NCBI RefSeq assembly: GCF_006345805.1
Contig: NC_043022.1
Coordinates: 12,648,001 to 12,712,000, forward strand
Direction of reading: 5' to 3'
From: Octopus sinensis
Lineage: Eukaryota
DNA length: 64,000 nucleotides
This document shows, piece after piece, positions 50,634 to 62,770 of this stretch. The first letter of the stretch is position 1, and each line of letters opens with the position of its first letter. The notes beneath the pieces are model-generated. The model was not told where the DNA came from and ran no database searches. It saw only the letters and a list, made by a program, of their open reading frames with translations. Made by a program: the position numbers and the translations under genes.

Positions 50634-50820
50634 CATACAGTATATATATATATATATGCATATACACTGTATGTACACATATATATAACATATATATTTG
50701 TAAACATAAATACATGGATGTGTATGTGTGTATACATACACACACATACATAACTATATATATATATACACAAACATATATATATATATATACACGCACA
50801 CACACACACACACATGCACA
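50594..50820. repeat. (CA)n/(TA)n compound microsatellite
   Basis: Direct reading. Confidence 0.95.
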
Positions 50821-51169
50821 CACCAATGTTTGTTCAATACACGTCCTAGATGTCTTGTTGAATTGTGGTATACTCTCTCTCTCTTTCTCTCTCAGAAGAT
50901 TATGGTTTCCATGGTGTTAGAAGCCATGCTAACAATATGTAACCATATAGCAATGATGACAGACACAAAACACATACATCATCATGATAATCAGCTTCCG
51001 TATATTCACATACAGTTGCACATATACATATGTGTATGTGTGTGTGTATGTTTACATATGCATACAAGGCGTGCAAATTACATGTGTGTATGTTTGTGTA
51101 TGTGAGAGGGAGAGAGAGAGAACATGGATGTTAAATTATGGTGTTGATGATTTCATATATATATATATA

Positions 51170-51500
51170 TATATCATCATCATCATCATTTAATGTCTGT
51201 GTTCCATGCTAGCATGGATGGGATGGTACCACAAGAGCCAGCCAGGCTGAAGCCTGCGCCAGACTTCTGGGACTGTTCTGGCAGGATTTTTACAGATGGA
51301 TGCCCTTCCTAACACCAACCACTCAGCAGAGTAGACTTAGTGCTTTATACGTGGCGCAAGCGCAAGCAAGGTTTTTACAGCTGGATGCCCTTCCAAACAC
51401 CAACCACTTTGCAGAGTGGACAGGATGCTTTTAAGTGGCACCTTGCACTGACAGGGTCACCAAGTACTTTCAAGAGAAAAATGGGGAGGGAGCATTGGAG
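51170..51500 (-). mobile_element. RTE-tail element with a duplicated GGATGCCCTTCC..ACACCAACCAC segment
   Basis: Segment present at ~51298 and ~51382; (CAT)n at 51172-51188. Confidence 0.75.
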
Positions 51501-51759
51501 GAGGTGATGAGGAAAAGATTATATCAGAAATAAGAAACACAGAGTAGCAATTAGCGCTTTCTTGAAGGGTTCAAGACAAACAAATTGATCCCAGTACTAT
51601 TTTTTTAAAGTTTGGTACTTATTCACTTTTATGGGAATGTAAACAAACCAATACCAGTTGTCAAACAGGCAGGGGGGGCAAGCACACAAAGACATACACA
51701 AACATATATATATATAAATGCAATAAGCTTCCACACATATGTAGATACACATATACATA

Positions 51760-52639
51760 TGAGGTGATATCAAAAGGTTCCTAGACTAGTTATGTTCATT
51801 AAAAAATAACTTATTTACCCAAGTTTCAACGTCATCTCCTTTGAAATAGTCACCATGTGCAGCATTACATCAGTCCCAGTATTCCTGCTACTTTTGGAAT
51901 CTGGTCTGGAAGCCATTTTCCATAAGCAAGTTGAGAAATTCGCTCAGGATCTCAATGGCAACCTCTGAGCTGCATTTTCATTTTGGGGAAGAGATGGAAG
52001 TCTGCTGGTGCTAAATCTGGCAAATAGTGTGGGTGCTGAAGTGATACCATGTTGTTTTTGGTGAGAAATTTACAAGTGAGGAGAGCTTGGTGACACTGTG
52101 CATTGTGGTCATGAAGAATTCAATTCTTTGTTTTCCACACGTTCGGTCACTTTAGCCAAATGCTTTAAAACATCATTGATTGTCCTCTGATGATCCTCAT
52201 GCACCAGCTGATGAATTTTCTCCACATTTCTGAGGGGATTGCTTGTGGCAGGTCTTACAGACCACTCATTGTCTTCCAGGGATGTTCTTCTGCTTTTGAA
52301 GCACCCATGCCACTAGAAACCTTGGCTATGATCCATTGCCTCATTGCCGTAAGCTTGCCGAAACATGCTCAATGTCTCTATAGCAGACTTCCCAAGTTTA
52401 ACACAAAATTTCATATTGGCTCTTTGTTCCAATTTCCTGCTCATGACAAAAATCACAGACTACAGCATACACGTGATCACAAAAACACAAATTTCACAAC
52501 TTGCAATGTAAACACAGCAATGTCCCTCAGCAGACTGCCTCATCAAGGTCAGTGGTAGCTCTCACTGTGCACACAACTGTGTACTGCCATCTGTTGGCAC
52601 ACTACAGAACTAGTCTGGGAACTTTTTGATACCACCTCA
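51760..52639 (-). mobile_element. mariner (DD34D) element with internal deletion and intact TIRs
   Basis: TA|TGAGGTGATATCAAAAGGTTCCTAGACTAGTT ... AACTAGTCTGGGAACTTTTTGATACCACCTCA|TA; MSRKLEQRANMKFCVKLGKSAIETLSM...; HPHYLPDLAPADFHLFPK. Confidence 0.92.
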
Positions 52640-53149
52640 TATACATATACACTCACACACACATGCAGACATGAATATGTATACACACATATACACATAC
52701 ATACATGCATGCATATATATATATATATACACATGCATGTATGCTTATATATACATGCATGCACATATGTATATACACAGATACATTCACACACATGCAC
52801 ATACAAACATCACTTAGAAACCACTTTACAGAGTGCCCCAGGCCTTTTTTTTGTTTCTTTTTAGTGGCAACCACCCCAATGAGGCTGCCTATCATAATCA
52901 TTTAACATCCATATTATATGCTGGTATGGGTTGGACGGTTTGGCATGATTTAATGTGTACAAGGGCTGCATTGTTCTCCACTGTCTGCTTTGGCATGGTT
53001 CCTACAGCTGGATGTTCTTCTAAGGCATCGTCACTTTACAAAGATTACTGATGTTTTTTTCAAGGCACCAACACTAGCAAGGTCATCATACAGCTTTCAA
53101 GAGTATGAACCTGAGAGAGGCTGCTTGTAATTTATTCAATTATATTCAC

Positions 53150-53394
53150 AATAATTTAAACCTTTGGCATTCAAATTTCTCCGGCAGATGTGGAAGGGGT
53201 GAAGGAAAAAATGATGGAGGAGCTAAAAGGCATCATTTCGCAAGAGTTCCAGGACTGCCTCAAACAATGGAAATATCTACATGTCTTGACCGATGCATGG
53301 CTTCAAATGGGAAATACTTTGTAGGTGATAAAAGTATTAACTAAGCAAATAAAACAATATTGCAAAATCCCAGTTCCCTTTGAGTTCCCCCTCA
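53150..53394 (+). mobile_element. mariner 3' fragment
   Basis: EFQDCLKQWK..LDRCMASNGKYF; right TIR ...GAGTTCCCCCTCA|TA. Confidence 0.7.
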
Positions 53395-54251
53395 TATATA
53401 CACACACAAGCATTCATAAATGTATGTGTGAAGGCATGTGGCATAGTGGTTAGGGTGTTGCACTCATGATTGCAAGATTATGGTTTCTATTCTCAGACCA
53501 GGCGGTGCATTGTGTTTTTGAGCAAAACCCTTTATTGCCATATTATCGCTTCATCCTCTGAGGTACAGCACATCGTGCATCTGTATAGGCAATGTTGATT
53601 TGATCCCTTTCAACAATTTATCTGTAGAGGTTGTTAGCAGGTTGTTCAGCAAGAAATTGTGGAACCCTCATCCATCATTTAGAGTAGGAGAGTTCACCAT
53701 ATATATATATGCAAACATACATATATACACACCACACACATACATACGCATCCTCATTTCTTGCTTCCTTGCCTCAACATTGCATGATAGTCGTGTGCGT
53801 GTGTGTGGTGCAAAGTGTAAATGATGATGTAAACCCTGCATTTTATACAAATCATGTATTTACAAGCCATAATCTATGTTTTGCAGACAAATACATGGAT
53901 AGACAGACAAATGGGATGGGCAGAGAGTGAGAGGAAGAAAACACAAAAGAGAATGTAAGAAGGAAAGAGATGCAAGATGGATGAATAAACATTTCTTCTG
54001 TAAATGGCCTGAGTAAAAGACAGCTGAACAGTTAGATGGACTGGACATTGGCCTGCATTTATTCTGTGTATCATAATATTAGAAATAGGTACACCATATA
54101 CCTGCAGATCTTAAGAAGCACCTGAAAAGTATCTGGTTGTAAAGTACTGTTTTAAAAAACTGTCCAACAGGGTGAAATAGACAAAACACTGATGATGATG
54201 ATGATGATGGTGATGACAATATACATACATACATACATAGGTGTGTGTATA

Positions 54252-54586
54252 TACTCTCTTTTTCTCTCTCTCTCTTTTACTTGTTGCAGTCATTTGACTG
54301 CGGCCATGCTGGAGCACCACCTTTAATCGAGCAACTCGACCCCGGGACTTATTCTTTTGTAAGCCCAGTACTTATTCTATCGGTCTCTTTTGCCGAACCG
54401 CTAAGTTACGGGGACATAAACACACCAGCATCGGTTGTCAAGCAATGCTAGGGGGACAAACACAGACTCACAAACACACACACGCATATATATATAATAT
54501 ATATATATATATTATATATATATATATAATACATACATATATATATATTACATATATATATATACATACATATATATATACATATA

Positions 54587-54624
<38 letters not shown>

Positions 54625-54625
54625 C

Positions 54626-54688
<63 letters not shown>

Positions 54689-54931
54689 ATATATATATAT
54701 ACATATATATATACATATATATATATATAATATATATATATATATTATATATATATATACACATATATATACACGTATATACAATGGGCTTCTTTCAGTT
54801 TCCGTCTACCAAATCCACTCACAAGGCTTTGGTCGGCCCGAGGCTATAGTAGAAGACACTTGCCCAAGGTGCCACGCAGTGGGACTGAACCCGGAACCAT
54901 GTGGTTGGTAAACAAGCTACTTACCACACAG
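54252..54931 (-). mobile_element. SINE family A with central microsatellite expanded to ~300 bp (54480-54780)
   Basis: Both SINE halves near-identical to 2655-3056; the centre is a TA/TACA array. Confidence 0.92.
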
Positions 54932-55025
54932 ATATATGGAAATATAACATATATCATAAAATTAAATATACATACATGCATAAGTATGCACGTGTATATA
55001 TACAATATGTGTTTGTGTGTGTGTG

Positions 55026-55867
55026 TCAGGGGAAGCAAAAAACTGTCCGCACTTTCACCATGACATATCTTTATTATTGTCACACTGCCTTCTGCTGCAC
55101 CTGTGTGCTTATAGTTGGAAGTATTGTGGTCATGCCGTCAAAGTTTGATCCTGAGAGTACCATTTTATTTCAGGGGTTTACAGTGTAAGCATGGCCACTC
55201 CACTAGCAAGAAGAACAATGAGCGGAATAGTCAGAGGAGATGATATGTGGGTTCATCATTATGAGGTAGGATCCAAAAGATAGAGAGTATGGAGTGGAAA
55301 CATCCTGGCTTGCCAGCGATGAACAATTCAAGACTCGGGAAAGGTGATGCTAATTCTTTTTTGGAACTCAAAAACACCTATACTGGAAGACTACCTGGAA
55401 AAGGGGTCTACGATCAACAGTGCAAGACACAGTACCTTTGCTGGCCAACAAACTGAAGCACCAATTCACACCAAACGCCAAAGCCTGTTGTTGAAGAAAG
55501 TTTTGTTGTTGCATGGCAATGCACAGCCACACATGGCCACCCAGACTGTTAAAACCATTAACTAACTGGGTTTTGAGGTGTTGGAACACCCTGCCTACAG
55601 TCCAGATCTCACCCCTTCCAACTGTCATATCTTTGGACTGCTCAAAGATGGTTTATAAGGTCATTGACTTCCTACAGATGAAGATGTGAAAGAAATGGTT
55701 GCATGACCAACTAAATACCTTCTTGGGGGGAATACACAAGCTTGTGGACCACTGGACCATTGAAAAGGAAGAAAACTACATAGAAAAGTTATTTACTTGT
55801 TTATGCCCTGCTTCTGTGTAAATACATTGAAAAAATAAGAGTGTGTATAAATTTTGATTCCCCCTCA
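55026..55867 (+). mobile_element. mariner (DD34D) element lacking the HTH region, catalytic part decayed
   Basis: GDDMWVHHY, GKVMLILFWN, LLLHGNAQPH, LEHPAYSPDLTPS; degenerate TIRs AGGGGAA.CAAAA. Confidence 0.88.
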
Positions 55868-56034
55868 TGTGTGTGTGTGTGTATGACACATGCACAGGCA
55901 CAATATGTATGTATTCACACGTTCATATTAGGAATAACATGCACATAATCACATACATATGTTAACACATACATACACATTCACACACATAATACACATT
56001 AATGTAGAGATAATCAGGAAGGTTCAACAACAAA

Positions 56035-56950
56035 TGGTAACATTCACGAAGGTGTCCATCAGAACCCAGTCCTCTTTTATTTATTATAGCCCACCAAGAC
56101 CTTAAGAATGAATGTCCATCAGAACTAAATGCTGATGACCAAGTTACTTAAACAAAATTTGTAAGAGATTCAGAGAAGAAATTTCAACTGTGGAAACAAA
56201 ACCTAGAATCTTGAAGCATTAAACTAAAGTATGAATAAGTAAGAGAAAGAATGGGACCCTACTGTCTTCAAGGATATGGCCATGATCCATATGCAACAAA
56301 GGAGTATGTAGAAAATTCATATGTTGTACCTTGTGTCAACTATGGAGTACACAAAAAGTGTAGTGGAATCACAAACAGGTTAACAGAGAAGGAAATAAGC
56401 AGAATTAACTGCACTAGAATGAAAGAGTCTTTCAAATGTCCAGAAGGCTCACTAGAAGTTGGTAGCTTCTGTGACCTGTACAGGTAGTTGTAATGAGTAA
56501 GAATGGGGTGGAAAAATTTCGTGGAATTATTACCACAGCTGGCAACAAAAGTCTTCTACCTCAGTGAAAGGTAGATTCATGATGCAATGCTGCATACTAG
56601 TGAAACATGGGCTCTGAATGCAGAGATTTGCAAAAAATAGAAAGAAATGAATCAACTATGCTCTGCTGGATGTGTGACGTCTGCATGTATGAAGGGCAGA
56701 GTATCAATGAGGTGAAAGAAAAATTGAATTTAAGAGAATTCAGATGTAGTGTGCATGAGAAAAAACTGAACTGGTGTGGGCACATGATTAAAACGAAGGA
56801 TGCCAGCTGCATAAAAACTGTTCAATGTGAAAGGAACATGTGGTAGAGGAAGACATGGGTCAAAATGGTGAAGAGTGACCCCAAAGTGTTACACCTCAAA
56901 AAAATGACAGAGGACCATCTCAATAGACAGCGCAAAGTGCTGGGGGGAAA
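56035..56950 (+). mobile_element. Degenerate RTE LINE fragment
   Basis: GVHQ..VL, VHKKCSGI, RMGWKNF, TSETWAL, WCGHM, RGRHG remnants. Confidence 0.8.
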
Positions 56951-57949
56951 AAACCTGATTGCATAAGCATGTGTGAGTCAAATATTACAAATGGAAGGTG
57001 AGGGACATCTTTTGTGTACATGTGTGTATATATATATATATATATATATGCATAGAAATTTGGGTTTCTTAAACAATATGTCCAATCAAGTTTATATATA
57101 TATATTCCCGCTTCTTCCCCTACCTGATTTGATACCTTGTTATTTCCCTCCTGTTAATCCCTCTTGTACTCATCTCCCTCAGCACTTATCTCCCATTTCT
57201 CATCTCACCAGCATTTACCTTACTGGTGCTTGTCTCTCCCCAATCACTCTCTCTCTCTCTCTCTTCTTTTCCCTGTATTATGCTACCAAGACTAGTAGAG
57301 TTTCCACTACACACTGCTCTATATCATTTTTCTCTTTAACACCTGTCATTACTCTCGCTGTTCTAAGCTATTTGTTCTTTCCGCCCATTACTTACACTTA
57401 CCATTATCCATTGCTATCTTCCACCCTTGTTCTCCAATCGTTGTTTCTACAACATATCCTTGTACCTTCACTCACCCACCCAAGTTCTTTTCTATCATTA
57501 CTCTCTCTCTCTCTTTTCTCTTTTATCTACCCTCTTACTTGTCTTGAACAAACACATACATCACAGTGTAGCAAGGATTCCTTATTTTTATGGGATACAA
57601 GGCAACTTCACTAGCGCCAGTGCCAAGGTGACACGCACCCAATACACTTTGTAATGGTGTTGGTGAAAAAGCAGAGACAACATAGGGTTGAGAGGACACC
57701 TTAGACATAGCAATCTCCTGAGTGCAGGTGCTGTAATAAAATGTAGACAATACCTTCTGTAGAGTGGTTGGTGACTGGAAGAGCTTCCAACTTTAGAAAC
57801 CAAATCACAAAATGAATTGTCTGAACAAAGCATAGTCCTCTGGCCCAGCTAGAAGGCCATTAACACCAAACAAAAAGTGACTCAGAGTGTGATAACCAAA
57901 CTCTCCAACCCATACCAGCATGGAAAGCATATATAAAATAATTTGCTAT

Positions 57950-58145
57950 AATCATGTGTATATATATATATAATCATGTGTGTATATATATATATATATA
58001 TACACACACACATGATATACATATACACACACATACACACACAAATATATAGACATACAGATGTATATACATATATACACACACACATGATATACATATA
58101 CACACACATACACACACAAATATATAGACATACAGATGTATATAC

Positions 58146-58178
<33 letters not shown>

Positions 58179-58212
58179 CACATACACACTATATATAAAC
58201 ATGCACACTATA

Positions 58213-58260
<48 letters not shown>

Positions 58261-58410
58261 ATATACACACACTATATATATTTATACATACACTATATGT
58301 ACACACACAAAATATATACATGCACACACACTACATATAAATATATACTACATATACACACACATGTGCACTACATATACACTATGCGTATACACACACA
58401 CACACACAAG
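57950..58410. repeat. Compound TA/CA microsatellite containing a ~72-bp tandem duplication (~58000-58150)
   Basis: CATGATATACATATACACACACATACACACACAAATATATAGACATACAGATGTATATACATATA occurs twice. Confidence 0.9.
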
Positions 58411-58610
58411 TTGTAACTAGTGAGAGAAAGTGGATAAGAGTACTTCACACTATGGTAGCATGTAATAATTTTCAGATGAATCAGTTGCTACAGAGATTCC
58501 CATGAGGGAAATCCATAGCAACACCTCAAACTGATTTAGTTGAAACAAACTCTGTGTGTGTGTGTGTGTCTGTACATGTGTACACATACACATATATGTG
58601 TGTATGTATG

Positions 58611-58645
<35 letters not shown>

Positions 58646-58654
58646 GACGTATTT

Positions 58655-59403
58655 TGCATTAGCTGCACACTCGTATAAATATGTAGATATTGAAGCAAAT
58701 GCAGAAGTCCCTGACACAACAAGAGGTGCAGATTTGACATCAGAAAAGATGCAACAAGCTGCAGAACAGTGTGCATAATAAAATAAATATATTGGTGCAC
58801 ATTGGAAAAATGTGCTGGAGTGGTGCATGACCGGTCATTTTGCTGCATAACTGAGTTGTGAACAGCAGGATAGATGCATCTGCATATCCAGCAGATGAAG
58901 TTGCCTTGATGGTGGCTGTGTGCAGTGATGCACTGGGGCACAGCGAGAAAGGCTGCAAGGAAATTCACAAGGCAGTGTTGCAGAGGGGTGAACATTGTTA
59001 TGAAGTAAATAGTTGTGATGTCTGAATGCACGTTGAAATGCACACAGTTGGCACCATGAAGAGATGCAAGTTGTCCTCCGGGGAAAATGTGCATACTCAT
59101 GTCCTTCTGAATAAGAAGAGCAGGAGAGTGCAGGAACCTGTGCATATTGAAGTATGCACAACGGGTGCTCAGTGGAGTGTTGCAAAACACTCGTCTGTAG
59201 GTCTTGGTGCACAGCAGTATGTAAAACATGCACTTATTTAGTTGCATTATGCTGTATGGTGCACATTAAGTCCACAGCACAGGTGCACACTGAAGTGCAA
59301 GAATCAAGGATTGTAGAAGCAGCTGCAATGGTGAAATGCAGTAAACTGTGCATACTTAAGCAGGTGCACATGTGAGTGCAGATTAAAGGTGCAAAAAAGT
59401 GCA
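58655..59403. repeat. Cryptic TGCA-lattice sequence (degenerate ~12-bp minisatellite-like)
   Basis: 37 TGCA tetramers by hand count; the most frequent spacing is 12 nt, with many at 24-27. Confidence 0.75.
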
Positions 59404-60857
59404 GAAGCCCAATTCATGCTGGGTCATGATGGTTCTGTGGATTGGCCGAACATTATATTGATGATGATGATGATGATGGTGAGAAGAAGAGCAAAAGGAA
59501 GAGGAGGAGGAGGAGGCAGAGCATGCACAGTATGGTGGTGTTTGTCAGCTCTGACCCAGCAGACCTTTGATCAAAGATTCCAGGTGTGCCATCCCAGGTT
59601 TTTTTTTCTTCATTTCTATTTCACTGATATCCTAGACCAACATTATTATCCTACCTGTCCTTCCTTTACGAGTGTGGTTTAAAAGAAAGTTGGCTGCTGT
59701 TTCTAGCCGGTCTAGCAACCATATAGAAACTAGACGCTCCCTATTTGGTGATGTTAATGATGATCGTGAGGAGAGAAAGGAATATAATGGTGGCAGTTAT
59801 TATAATGAATGTAAGGATGAGGGGTAGTCTGAGAATGTGATGGTGGAGGAGGAGCTTGGAAGAGGGAGGTGGAGGAGGCAGAGGAGGGAGTGACAATGAT
59901 GATGATTCTTTTTTTTCTTTTTTTGTAAAGTATGTATGGAAGGAAGGAAGTGCTTCAATATCAATAATGCTGGCCTGGACACACAGACAGAATAAACAGC
60001 AACAATGATCAAGAAAATGCCCAGAAAAAGGAACAACAGTGTAAACCGACAACATTATCCACCACCACCACCACCACCACAATCTAACACCATCATCATC
60101 ATCATCACATGCATGTAACCATATGTCACAAGCTTCTTATGCAGTCATTTGACGTGCTCACCAGAAATAGCAGCCAAATTGTTCTCCACCCCTTCTTCCT
60201 TCTACAAAAAGGACACATGACGCTATGTGGCCCTTGAATATTCACACAGCCTGATAAAAAAAAAATTGAAAATTGGAAGAAGAAAAAAACAATCAACAGA
60301 CAGGGCAGTCATGCATGGAACGACTGTAATGATAAGTCTTGCTTTGCTCAGTCATAGCTGACCTGGGGCTAAATAAAACCATTAACAACAATTGTCCTGG
60401 TGGTCAACATCCACCACCACTGCTGTTGCTGCCTTTCACAGTGCAACCAGGTTCAACTGTGGTCTTCCAGCCTGGTAGAAATAGCAGTCAAATTTCCCTC
60501 AATTTACATCCTTACTGTCTACAAAGACCAAGAAAAAAATGGAGGATGGATGGCTGGCTGGGGTGACACATGTAGTCCTAGATACAGCCACATGCAAAGA
60601 AGGACAGAAGTGGGGAGGGGGGGAGGGAGGGACAAAGGTCACTGATGGAATGTCTTTAATCATATATCTGGTCGGTTGGTCAGAGTACACCTGATGTGTG
60701 TGTGTGTGTCTGTGTGTGTGTACAGGGGAGGGGCATCTACAAACACCATATTGTTGTCAATATCACTTCTAGGAAAGACACAACAGCCACTAACTTCACA
60801 ATATCATCTCCTCACTCCACCACGACTCCATAAATATGAAAATATATAACTACTGTG

Positions 60858-60897
60858 TAATAATAATAATAATAAGAAGAAGAAGAAGAAGAAGAAT

Positions 60898-60932
<35 letters not shown>

Positions 60933-60940
60933 GAAGGAGG
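60858..60940. repeat. Stepwise compound triplet repeat (AAT)n-(AAG)n-(GAT)n-GAA/GGA forming the tail side of a SINE B copy (60945-61120, minus)
   Basis: Direct reading. Confidence 0.9.
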
Positions 60941-61439
60941 TGGGGTTTCAAATTTTGGCATAAGGCCAGCTGTTTTGAGGGGAGGGGGTAAGTCTGTTAC
61001 ATTAATGCCAGTGCTCAGCTGGTACCTATTTTATCGACCCCCGATAGGATGAAAGATAGAGCTGACCTTGGTAGAATTTGAAATTAGAAAAGTAAAAATC
61101 CAGAAGAAATACCAGCCCTGATCAAGCAGACATTCAAACACCAAAAAAAAAAAAAAAAGAATTCCATCCGTGACCATCCTGTATTTCTAACAAGTATATA
61201 ATATAGATGACATTATCCCATTTATGCCTTTTATTAAGGCAACAGATGTTGGTTTGAGGAGAGGGCACACAGAGTCGGATGCTATATTATTGCAGGGCGA
61301 ATGGCCACAACATAGAGGCTTCTTCACAGCTGTCATTATTGCTGGTGTTGATGTTGTTGTTGTTGTTGTTTTGCTCCTTCTCTGAAGGTTCTAATTGAAC
61401 AGACCTATGATCAAACAGCCATTCCAGTACATGACCATC

Positions 61440-61555
61440 TCGTCATTTTAGCATGTCTTAGCAACAGAACACAACCTGGGACGCAATAAGAAGACAGTCG
61501 AAGGTGAAAGAGAGGTGGGGAGACCTGGCTGTCATTTGCATCTTTGTTGAGAGGC

Positions 61556-61592
<37 letters not shown>

Positions 61593-62410
61593 AGCTGCTT
61601 TGTTTGCTCTGTGGTGGTGGGCGAGGGCAGAAAGAGACGAAAGTGACAGATTTGACGGGAGACAGATTATAAAACAGGGGAGGACGTAGAATAATTAACC
61701 TCGTCGACCATTAAAAAACATATTGATAAATCAAAATAAATATTAAAACCGATACATGGTATTAATTGAATTGGTAATTAAGAGTGATTTCAGAAATAGA
61801 AAATTAGAGAGAGAGAGAGAGATAGAGAGAGAGAAAGGAAGAGAGAGACAGGGAGGGAGAGAGGGGAAATTGAAAGTGTGTCATGCTTGGAATGAAAGGC
61901 GTGTTATAAATCGAACCCGCGGCAGGGGTTCAAGCGGTGACTGACACACACACACACACACACACTGTCTCTACCTCTCAGCACCCTCTCTATCTCTCTT
62001 TTTCTCGTCGTTGCTAAGATACTGCAACGAAATGCGATATGTAAATAGAGGAATCAGCTTATATGCACACACGCTTGGACACGCACGCACGCACGCACAT
62101 ACTTACATGCATGCATACATACATACATACACACATACATACATGCATACACACACACACACATACATACATGCATACATACATACATGCATACATACAT
62201 GCATGCATGCACACACACGTGCACTTCGGATTTACGTTTCTATAAATTAAATATATATATATATATATATAGTGTTAGGTGTGATATACAGAAATTGAAT
62301 TTTGAGAAAAAAAGTCGTCAGAATTTTGGAAAAAAAAACGTTTTTATTTCTTCCTTATAATTAGCGCTTTCGCTCCTTTCTCGTATTTCCAAAATTCTGA
62401 CGACTTCTAT
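61440..62410. promoter_or_regulatory. CpG-retaining, promoter/5'UTR-like region, probably the distal start of the minus-strand ECE-like gene
   Basis: About 33 CpG in ~970 bp by hand count versus ~3 per kb in 7500-8500. Non-repetitive sequence interleaved with (AGT)n, (GA)n and (CA)n tracts, and located at the 5' side of the gene. Confidence 0.35.
62312..62406. repeat. Perfect 21-bp inverted repeat with 53-bp spacer
   Basis: AAGTCGTCAGAATTTTGGAAA (62312-62332) and TTTCCAAAATTCTGACGACTT (62386-62406); partial extension TTGAGA/TCTCAA. Confidence 0.9.
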
Positions 62411-62414
62411 CTCA

Positions 62415-62542
62415 ATATATATATATATACATATATATACATACATATATATATACATATATATATATACACATATATATATATACACATATATATATAC
62501 ACATATATATATGCATATATATATACACATATATATATACAC

Positions 62543-62615
<73 letters not shown>

Positions 62616-62672
62616 CACACACACACATATATATATATACATATATATATATACACACACATATATATATAT

Positions 62673-62764
<92 letters not shown>

Positions 62765-62770
62765 TATAGA
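62415..62770. repeat. ~350-bp (TA)n/(CA)n microsatellite
   Basis: Direct reading; source of ORFs 62318-62954. Confidence 0.97.

Noticed and set aside
54445-54849. YI/IY/HT-rich ORFs here and at 29596-30147, 34773-35143, 50496-51193, 52549-52905, 57882-58416, 62011-62954
   Set aside because: Translations of TA/CA microsatellites.
58612-59247. 211-aa and 132-aa minus-strand ORFs
   Set aside because: No recognisable domain, overlapping open frames on both strands, and no splice signals; the openness is explained by the TGCA-rich composition (kept as a DNA-level finding).
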